Below, piece by piece: positions 56,923 through 64,000 of a DNA stretch of 64,000 nt; within the stretch, counting starts at the first letter, position 1, and each line of letters opens with the position of its first letter. The notes beneath the pieces were generated by a model. That model saw only the letters and a list, made by a program, of their open reading frames with translations. It did not search any database and was not told the DNA's origin. The position numbers and the translations under genes were made by a program. This DNA is from Dictyobacter arantiisoli (lineage in GTDB: Bacteria > Chloroflexota > Ktedonobacteria > Ktedonobacterales > Ktedonobacteraceae), in contig NZ_BIXY01000010.1 of assembly GCF_008326305.1 (NCBI RefSeq), positions 51,137 to 115,136 on the forward strand. The letters run 5' to 3'.

Positions 56923-57315
56923 GTGAATAGTCCATTGGAGATTCGTAAGGTTGTAATAGGTGTTGTCCTGGCCATCCTCTGGATGTGTTTGTTCATATTT
57001 ATCAAGGACTCCATCGTCATCGACTGGAGTGGTGATGGCTCAAACCTTACCTCTTTAAAGATGGTATTAGGGGTGATCGGGTTAATTGTTGTAGCCTGTT
57101 ATCACCTGTTCATTAATGCCAATCCCGAAACTAAAAAGTTAAGCGCGACCGCAACCCTGACCATTATCTGGCTCTCCCTCATTTTCTTTTATCCGTTTAA
57201 AGATCCAGGCAATACCAATGGTGGAGCTGTCGGCTTTTTCGCTTTGATCGGCGGCCTGGCCGTAGTGGTACTCTGGGTACGCTTCTTCTCAGATGATCTC
57301 GTCGCTTCCGCATAA
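56923..57315 (+). CDS. Small hypothetical membrane protein (4 TM helices, 130 aa)
   Basis: GTG start. Hydrophobic profile only. Confidence 0.4.
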   Translation: MNSPLEIRKVVIGVVLAILWMCLFIFIKDSIVIDWSGDGSNLTSLKMVLGVIGLIVVACYHLFINANPETKKLSATATLTIIWLSLIFFYPFKDPGNTNGGAVGFFALIGGLAVVVLWVRFFSDDLVASA

Positions 57316-57345
57316 TACGCGCACCGCAGAAACAACCAGTACTGA

Positions 57346-57405
57346 GAAAAACAATGCTGATAACAGTTGCTATGTAAATTCGCAACTATTATCAGCATTG
57401 TTTTT
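57346..57405 (+). terminator. Intrinsic terminator (24-bp stem with a T-run)
   Basis: aaaaacaatgctgataacagttgc tatgtaaattc gcaactattatcagcattgttttttgcc. Confidence 0.7.
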
Positions 57406-57701
57406 TGCCACATTACACTCTAGGATTGAACAGCCTGATTGCTATCAAACTGAACCATTTCCCGATCCCTAGCCTATCAGCAGATGCTCGCATCGTCTCA
57501 TACTGCTCCGGGTCCTTCCTCCTCGCGGCCGCAGGATTGCTTGATGGTCGCCGCGCCACCGCCTATTGGGGATCAGCAGCAGAGATGGTAGCGCGCTTTC
57601 CCAAAGTACACGTTGATCCACAGGTGCTCTACGTCGATGACGGCCAGATACTGACCGCCGCTGTTCCAACGGCGATCAATAAAATAAAAACAACGCTTTA
57701 G
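57405..57701 (+). pseudogene. DJ-1/PfpI-family gene remnant: only the central/C-proximal part, lacking the N-terminus and truncated at its 3' end by a repeat element
   Basis: IVSYCSGSFLLAAAGLLDGRRATAYW...PKVHVDPQVLYVDDGQILTAAV matches the DJ-1/PfpI nucleophile-elbow region. A terminator directly upstream and a MITE-family core directly downstream. Confidence 0.5.
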
Positions 57702-57739
57702 AAAAACCACAAATGCCCAAAAACGGAGGAAATACCCAA

Positions 57740-57930
57740 ATCACGATGGAGAAGTGTAGGTGCGTGCCGAGGCCGCAGCCGAGGTGCGCTTTCCTCGTCT
57801 CGTACCATAATCTTGCCCCAACGCTCGGTGATTTACCCAAACGCGAATATTGGGATATGGATGGGTCTACGGTTGAGTACGATGTACAGGAAGCGGGACT
57901 CACATCCGTTCTTGCCGCACCTACGTTATT
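57740..57930 (+). repeat. Core-only copy of the MITE-family element (no TIRs), closed by a terminal stem gtaggtgcg/cgcacctac plus a T-rich tail
   Basis: atcacgatggagaagtgtaggtgcgtgccgaggccgcagccgaggtgcgctttcc...gccgcacctacgttattt. Confidence 0.6.
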
Positions 57931-57944
57931 TATTTATAATATCG

Positions 57945-59513
57945 CTAATGCCTGAAGTGTCGTTTGCCGGTGAAGATCATAGCCATGACATAGCGGTTCG
58001 CCATTCGTATGGCATCTTCGTCGCGTTGGGAGCCGCCGGGTTGAATGATGGCGGTGATGCCAGCTTTGGCGGCAGCTTCGATCCCGTCAGCAAAGGGGAA
58101 AAATGCATCGGAGGCGAGCACCGCGCCACGCGCGCGCTCTGAGGCTTTTTCAACCGCCAGGTGCACGCTGGTCATACGATTCATCTGACCAGCTCCAACA
58201 CCTACCACCATGAGCTTATGCGCCAGCACAATGGCATTCGATGTCACGCCCCGCACGACCTTCCAGGCAAACATCAGATCGGTAATCTCTTCCAGCGTTG
58301 GTTCTCGATCAGATACCACACGATATTCAGCATCCCCATCCCCAACAAAATCTGGCGTCTGGAGTAATAAGCCACCACAGACGGTGCGTACCTCTATATG
58401 TCCCATCAGTAAGCGCTGTGTATTGATCAGCCGGGGCTCGATGGGACAATGGGTCGCCAATAAGCGTATCGTTTTGTGTTTACGCAGAATTTGGAGAGCC
58501 TCAGCCGAGAAATCGGGCGCGATCACTGCTTCATACGTTAACTGGCTAATTTCTTGAGCGGTTGCTTGATCAATCTGGCGATTAGAGCCAATGACGCCAC
58601 CAGCCGCTGAAACGGGATCGGCCGCATGTGCCTTCGTGTAAGCCTCTACCAGCACATCATCACAGGCCAGTCCACATGGATTGGTTTGCTTGACGATCAC
58701 AACGGTGGGCGCGGTAAAGCTCTGGACCACATTTAAGGCTGCATCCAGATCCAGGACATTATTATAAGAGAGATCTTTCCCATGTAAAATTTCGGAGTCA
58801 GCAAGCGTGGGAAGATTCACAGCTGTTGGTCTATCAGCCCAGCGATAGAGTGCCGCGTGCTGATGAGGATTTTCCCCGTAGCGTAAGACATCAATACGTT
58901 CAAGTGCCAGCGTGAGCTCTTCGGGGAAGCGCTCCGATAGTGCACCGCGCAAGTACGTGGCAACCGCTGTATCATAACTGGCCGACTGCTGGAAGGCAAT
59001 TGCCGCTAAATAGCGACGCGTTTGCAGACTTATCTCACCTTGCTCACGCCATTCCTGAAGCACGGGGGCATAATCCTGCGGGCGCACCAGTACGACCACG
59101 TTCTGGAAATTCCTGGCAGCAGCTCGTATCAACGCAGCTTCTCCGATATCGATCTGCTCCAGTGCCATATCGAGCGAGATGGTTGGTTCACCAACCGTTT
59201 CAACAAAAGGATAGCGATTGACAACAACGATATCAATTGATTGAATATGTTGTGCTTTGAGCTCTTTTTCATGTGCAGGTAGGCCACGGTGTGCTAAAAT
59301 TCCTCCGAAAATGGCTGGATGCAAGGTTTTTACACAGCCATCTAAAATCTCAGGAAATTGTGTCAATGTACTCACCGGCTGGGATTCAATACCTTCTTTC
59401 CACAAGAACTGCTGGGTATCTGAGGTGGAAAAGATCGTGACATGATGACTTCGAAGTTCCTGCGCTAACAATGGGAGTCCCTCCCGATTAGCTACACTGA
59501 GTATCGCTTTCAT
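57945..59513 (-). CDS. purH: Bifunctional AICAR transformylase / IMP cyclohydrolase
   Basis: N-terminal MGS-like region MKAILSVANREGL, the AICARFT domain and conserved C-terminal motifs. 522 aa. Confidence 0.85.
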   Translation of the reverse strand: MKAILSVANREGLPLLAQELRSHHVTIFSTSDTQQFLWKEGIESQPVSTLTQFPEILDGCVKTLHPAIFGGILAHRGLPAHEKELKAQHIQSIDIVVVNRYPFVETVGEPTISLDMALEQIDIGEAALIRAAARNFQNVVVLVRPQDYAPVLQEWREQGEISLQTRRYLAAIAFQQSASYDTAVATYLRGALSERFPEELTLALERIDVLRYGENPHQHAALYRWADRPTAVNLPTLADSEILHGKDLSYNNVLDLDAALNVVQSFTAPTVVIVKQTNPCGLACDDVLVEAYTKAHAADPVSAAGGVIGSNRQIDQATAQEISQLTYEAVIAPDFSAEALQILRKHKTIRLLATHCPIEPRLINTQRLLMGHIEVRTVCGGLLLQTPDFVGDGDAEYRVVSDREPTLEEITDLMFAWKVVRGVTSNAIVLAHKLMVVGVGAGQMNRMTSVHLAVEKASERARGAVLASDAFFPFADGIEAAAKAGITAIIQPGGSQRDEDAIRMANRYVMAMIFTGKRHFRH

Positions 59514-59703
59514 TGATCATCCTTTCGGAATGTGTCATTGACACCAAATAACGAAATGAGGAAGGTAGGCATGACCACAACACATGACAACAATAGCTAG
59601 CCGCAATACATGACATGATTAAGCTTGCTTTGTGGCTTTTACACGCTTCAAGCAGTGCAACCGATGACAGCCATGTCCAATCAGGAAGGAGAGATGAGTT
59701 ACG

Positions 59704-60651
59704 ATGCAGATACTGATAATACGACCAGGAGCTATCGGTGATACCCTGCTAACCCTGCCGCTCCTACGCTATATACGCACCCACACACCTGATCCACAGG
59801 TAACCTTCGTAGGTAATTCCGCTGTGTTACCCCTTATCCAGGCCTGGCACCTGGCTGAAAGGACCTCAAACTATGAAAACCGGCTCTGGAGCGGCCTCTT
59901 CATGCAACCCTCCATCTCTACATCCACACGTCCTGCTCAGCAACAGTTACAACAATGCTTACAACGGATTGAGCGCGCCATCTGCTGGCTTCCCGATCCG
60001 GATGACTGCGTCAAAAGGAATCTCCAGGCCACCGGAATTGCGGAGATTGCTATCGCACCTGGCCGCCCGACACAGGCAATACCCATCCTCTCCTATCTGG
60101 CTCAGAGCATCGGTATAACTGATCTGCGGGCCTGCAACTGGCAACCACCGCAGGAGTATGAATGGATCAGGGAAGAGGCTCAAGCACAACAACACCGTAC
60201 CATTGCCATCCATCCTGGCAGCGGAGGCAGCCATAAATGCTGGCCGGTGACTCATTTCGCCACTGTTATTCGCTCACTCTGGCAACAGCAGATAGCTGTC
60301 AACATATTTACAGGACCTGCTGACTATGAACGCCAGGAGGAACTACTTCATTGCCTTCCACCACCACCACAGGCCGATCTTCTGCGGCTCAGCGAGAATG
60401 TTCCACTCTTGACGGTCGCACAAGAATTACGGCACTGTTGCGGATATCTCGGCAACGATACTGGCATTACCCATCTAGCTGCCCTGCTTGGCTTACCAAC
60501 CCTGGCGCTCTTTGGTCCCAGCAATCCCACCATCTGGAAACCAATCGGTCCGCGTGTCACGGTTTTGTATGAACCCTCCCTCGCCTCCTTAGCTCCACAA
60601 CAGGTACTGCCCCAACTTCTGGCAGGCTTGCATGCCGATAAGGATGTATAG
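59704..60651 (+). CDS. Glycosyltransferase family 9 (heptosyltransferase-like)
   Basis: MQILIIRPGAIGDTLLTLPLL N-terminus and C-terminal GNDTGITHLAAALGLPTLALFGPSNP. Both are GT9 hallmarks. Confidence 0.8.
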   Translation: MQILIIRPGAIGDTLLTLPLLRYIRTHTPDPQVTFVGNSAVLPLIQAWHLAERTSNYENRLWSGLFMQPSISTSTRPAQQQLQQCLQRIERAICWLPDPDDCVKRNLQATGIAEIAIAPGRPTQAIPILSYLAQSIGITDLRACNWQPPQEYEWIREEAQAQQHRTIAIHPGSGGSHKCWPVTHFATVIRSLWQQQIAVNIFTGPADYERQEELLHCLPPPPQADLLRLSENVPLLTVAQELRHCCGYLGNDTGITHLAALLGLPTLALFGPSNPTIWKPIGPRVTVLYEPSLASLAPQQVLPQLLAGLHADKDV

Positions 60652-60909
60652 CGCAATGTGCGCGCCTCGATTCTATGCACGATCAGCAACAGGAGCCATT
60701 CTCAGGTAACTGGCTTATGCTGTTGTATGAGTGCATCTGTTAAGTAGCACTTTTTGTTAGTTCACCTCTCATAATTTTACATAAATGAGGAGATCACATA
60801 TACTGATTTGTGTATGGGTATTTTTGACCACCTGTATATGTATTGATACAAAGATGAAAAACAGCACTGAGCATACATACAAACATAGTAATATTTTGAT
60901 AAATATTCA

Positions 60910-61812
60910 TTGCCGAGAGGAGAACATACAATGAACGGAGGCCCATCAGATCCACTCTATCGCCCGGATTTACTCGGAGGAGGTGAGCCGATACAGCATG
61001 ATGCTCCAACAGAAATGTTTACCCCTGCGGCATTCACTGATCCTCATGTACAAGCGGCGGCAGGACACCACCCTCCCCTGACGCAACCACGGCCAACAGT
61101 GCGACCAGAACAACTGATACGTCCGCAAAACAATCAGGCATTACCGCCAGGAGGGCCTCATGTCAAACTGGCAGCACTCTGGAAAAGAGATCCTGCTTAT
61201 AAAGTACTTTTTGTGGCAATTGGCGTCATTCTGCTGAGTAGTATTGTGGGAGTGGCCCTGCTAGGCAACGCTTTTATGCATGGATCTTCTTCGCCTCAAC
61301 AGCAAGCTGATATACCCACCACCACCACAACGCCAACCGGTACTGCAACACCAGCAACTGGACAGGCGGCTGGCGCACAGGCCACTGCCACTATCCAGGC
61401 TACCGCCATGCCGACGCCAACACCCACACCACAGGTGACACCAACACCTGTACCGTCGCCAACGCCCCAACCTTCACCTACGGCTAATCCCAATACACCA
61501 CTCAGCGTACAGATTACCAGCATCCCTACAACAGTAAATAATCATACAACCGTTTCAGTCTCGGTCAGCAGCATTCCAGGCGCGACCGTCTGGCTAACAA
61601 TAACTACTAACGCCAATCCACCTTATATTACAACTGCAGAACAACCAACGGATGGAAATGGGAATGCAGTCATTGCCTGGCAGATCAACGACAAAGCATA
61701 TATAGGATTTATTCGTACGGCAACTGCCAGTGTCGTTGCCGTAGCCCGGGGCGCGAATGGGCAACAGCTTAACTCACAACCGCAAACTGTCAAAATTCAC
61801 CTGGGAGGCTAA
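60910..61812 (+). CDS. Hypothetical Pro/Thr-rich anchored protein (disordered N-terminus, 1 TM, PT-linker, beta-rich C-domain)
   Basis: 300-aa ORF with a TPTPTPQVTPTPVPSPTPQPSPT linker. Confidence 0.45.
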   Translation: MPRGEHTMNGGPSDPLYRPDLLGGGEPIQHDAPTEMFTPAAFTDPHVQAAAGHHPPLTQPRPTVRPEQLIRPQNNQALPPGGPHVKLAALWKRDPAYKVLFVAIGVILLSSIVGVALLGNAFMHGSSSPQQQADIPTTTTTPTGTATPATGQAAGAQATATIQATAMPTPTPTPQVTPTPVPSPTPQPSPTANPNTPLSVQITSIPTTVNNHTTVSVSVSSIPGATVWLTITTNANPPYITTAEQPTDGNGNAVIAWQINDKAYIGFIRTATASVVAVARGANGQQLNSQPQTVKIHLGG

Positions 61813-62077
61813 AGATAGATATATGGAGGCACTGGCGCGTATTCAACCCAATGCGGAGACACTGTTAGAGGAGATATTGCTCGTCGGAGATAATCCACCC
61901 TCAACACATATCTCTGGCATTTCTGTGCACTACCTGGAGGCGAAACAGTCTGGGATACATTACAACACACATATGGCTTAAAAAGGGTGGTAAAACAGAG
62001 GTTACAGAGAAAAGCGCGGGCCTATACATCTAACGATATCAGGCCCACTCACGATGAGCGGACAGGGGCCTGATACA

Positions 62078-62338
62078 TTAAAGATCAGGTACCCAGTCCC
62101 TGGCGTACGGCAGTTCAGTCGTCTCTGACGCCGTGTCAGTTACGCTATCGCTACTTGAACGCAGGCGTAAGAGGGCTTCTAATTCAGTCTGTTTATAGAG
62201 CCGTTGACGCTTGATACCCTGTTTATAGCTCGAGAGAACTCCACGGCTTACATACGTATACAACGTCGAAATCTTAACACCCAGGAAGCTGGAAGCTTCG
62301 CGACCGTTCAGATAATTTTCTCCATTTAGCTCAATCAA
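62078..62338 (-). CDS. Excisionase-family helix-turn-helix DNA-binding protein
   Basis: LNGREASSFLGVKISTLYTYVSRGVL HTH. Divergent from citrate synthase. Confidence 0.5.
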   Translation of the reverse strand: MIELNGENYLNGREASSFLGVKISTLYTYVSRGVLSSYKQGIKRQRLYKQTELEALLRLRSSSDSVTDTASETTELPYARDWVPDL

Positions 62339-62611
62339 AGCTCAGCCCTCCTTTCAATTCAATTTACTATTGTGAAATGGTCCTCAAACACCAGGAGATA
62401 CGACACTATCTTTTCATGTTCGATTCCCACCGTTTTGACACTTTTTATCTTCGCATGTTTCCGTTGAAAAATCAAGCCTTATCAATTCTGGTCGATATAA
62501 GTCGAGTCAAGTCGAGTTATATTGACATTTATAGGCATTAATGATACAACATAGAGAGAAGATACAAATTGGCTAGTAATACCTGAAAAAAAGCAAAGGA
62601 GCAGACATAAT

Positions 62612-63790
62612 ATGTCGATGACGATACCAGATACCGGAAATACCCCGCAAAAAGATACTGGCTCAATGCCAACCGTGAAGCAAAATAAAGGAGGATTGGA
62701 AGGCATCATTGCTGCAACTACTGCGATCAGTAAGGTAGATGGAACTGCTGGACGCTTGATTTATCGCGGGTATGATATTCATGATCTGGCACGCACCTCG
62801 ACATTTGAAGAGGTGGCTCACTTGCTCTGGTTCGGACATCTGCCTGACCAGAAGGAACTAGCATCCTTACACGAGAAGTTTGTTGCAGAACGAACAATCC
62901 CCGAGCTCGTTTTACATAACATTCGCGAACTCCCCGACAACTCCCAACCGATGGATGTTTTGCGGACAGCAGTCTCTGCCTGGGGCGCGATTAGCATTTC
63001 AGGAAAACCCAGTATTGATCAGGCAATTGCCGCTACGGCGCGCTTCCCGCTTTTCCTGGCCGCCTTCAACCGCTATCGTCAGGGATTAGAGCCGCTAGAG
63101 TCACGGTCAGAACTGGGCCATGCAGCGAACTATCTTTACTTGCTTACGGGCGAACTCCCTAAAGAAGAACATGTACGGGGTTTAAATTCCTACCTGGTAC
63201 TCCTGGCAGACCACGGCATGAATGCATCAACCTTCACAGCACGTATCGTTGCCAGTACCGAATCAGATATTGCCTCATCCCTGGTTGCAGCCCTGGGCGC
63301 CCTGAAGGGTCCGCTCCACGGCGGTGCCCCCTCAAAAGTACAGGACATGATCCATTCCATTGGAAGCGTCGAAAATGCTGAGCCATGGATTCGCAATGCA
63401 ATTACGACTGGCGGCCGCCTGATGGGTTTTGGACATCGTGTCTATAAAACGTTTGATCCACGCGCCGAAGAGTTACGCGAAATGGCGCGTGTGGCCGATC
63501 CCGATAATTTCCTACTGGCCCATCATGTCGAAGAAACCGCACAGCGCCTGCTAGATGAATTAAAACCTGGACGCCGTCTCTATACCAATGTCGAATATTA
63601 TTCCGCCGCATTGATGAATGCAGTTGGACTCAGCGGAGACCTCTTTACACCAACCTTCGCCGTCAGCCGTTGCGCTGGATGGACCGCCCACATCCTGGAA
63701 CAGGCTAACAATAATCGTTTGATCCGTCCCGAAGCCGAATATACTGGACCATTAAGTGAAACATTCGTTCCCCTGTCCGAACGCAAATAA
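62612..63790 (+). CDS. Citrate synthase (type II-like / 2-methylcitrate synthase family)
   Basis: GYDIHDLA, MGFGHRVYKTFDPRA, and the conserved His/Asp catalytic context. 392 aa. Confidence 0.85.
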   Translation: MSMTIPDTGNTPQKDTGSMPTVKQNKGGLEGIIAATTAISKVDGTAGRLIYRGYDIHDLARTSTFEEVAHLLWFGHLPDQKELASLHEKFVAERTIPELVLHNIRELPDNSQPMDVLRTAVSAWGAISISGKPSIDQAIAATARFPLFLAAFNRYRQGLEPLESRSELGHAANYLYLLTGELPKEEHVRGLNSYLVLLADHGMNASTFTARIVASTESDIASSLVAALGALKGPLHGGAPSKVQDMIHSIGSVENAEPWIRNAITTGGRLMGFGHRVYKTFDPRAEELREMARVADPDNFLLAHHVEETAQRLLDELKPGRRLYTNVEYYSAALMNAVGLSGDLFTPTFAVSRCAGWTAHILEQANNNRLIRPEAEYTGPLSETFVPLSERK

Positions 63791-63807
63791 CATCAAGAGA
63801 AGGCCCG

Positions 63808-63900
63808 ATCCTTGCGGTCAATACCGCTTCAATACGAGGAATGAGGACGAAATGCACTCGTCGCAGCCACCCTTCACGGGCAATACCGCTTAAATAGCGA
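63808..63900 (+). repeat. Two tandem partial copies of the MITE-family left terminal repeat, at the window edge
   Basis: gtcaataccgcttcaatacgaggaatgagg ... ccacccttcacgggcaataccgcttaaatagcgag. Confidence 0.6.
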
Positions 63901-64000
63901 GAAGCGGAGGAGATGAATTCTGTAGAGACCGACGAGGAATGGGTTGCAGGAAGTCGGCAAAGGTGGTGTTCTTCAAGGTGATGTTTTGATGCTTTGGTTT

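Noticed and set aside
59514-59703. Purine riboswitch upstream of purH (minus strand)
   Set aside because: The reverse-complemented leader lacks the conserved UAUA...U-rich junction and the pseudoknot-forming loops. There is only an ordinary RBS.
1-64000. tRNA, rRNA or CRISPR content
   Set aside because: I found no cloverleaf-compatible GTTCRANYC T-arm contexts and no rRNA-like segments. The only short direct-repeat cluster is the pentanucleotide SSR, which is not a repeat-spacer array.

Overview
This 64 kb stretch is chromosomal DNA of about 52% GC, densely packed with about 45 protein-coding genes on both strands. I found no rRNA, tRNA or CRISPR array. Most genes are housekeeping: ruvX(yqgF)-mltG-uppP, fmt, an M16 peptidase, an FGGY sugar kinase, a GS-I-like glutamine synthetase, an aldehyde dehydrogenase, rsmD, an FtsH-like protease, dut, rpoD, tgt, a lipoate ligase-like gene, a GH2 beta-mannosidase, a DAHP synthase, purH and citrate synthase. 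Gene content and style suggest a Chloroflexota/Ktedonobacteria-like organism, but that is inference from the many Pro/Thr/Gln-rich disordered proteins, a RicT/PSP1 gene, an ANTAR regulator and long perfect palindromic terminators. The most interesting signals I can support directly from the sequence are these. (1) A textbook ribosome-mediated attenuator upstream of the DAHP synthase gene: a near-consensus sigma70 promoter, a 21-codon leader ORF with five consecutive aromatic codons (F-Y-Y-W-F), overlapping imperfect inverted repeats, and an intrinsic terminator about 50 nt before the aroF start. (2) Two tandem long RelA/SpoT-homologue genes that appear reciprocally degenerate, one losing the hydrolase HD motifs and the other losing synthetase motifs, like the RelA/SpoT split. 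(3) A candidate pterin-glycoside cluster on the minus strand: SDR, 6-pyruvoyl-tetrahydropterin synthase, and a GT4 glycosyltransferase translationally coupled to it by an ATGA overlap. (4) A family of roughly 280-bp MITE-like elements with 28-bp terminal inverted repeats, present as one full copy, truncated copies and a minimal hairpin; one copy truncates a DJ-1/PfpI gene. (5) An (AGAAC)15 microsatellite in the promoter region of a divergent FtsH paralogue. (6) A STAND NB-ARC/TPR ATPase with an Asn/Tyr-rich N-terminus. (7) An orphan Phd/YefM antitoxin. All gene calls rest on ORF structure, RBS and start context, and motif recognition by eye; I ran no database searches.
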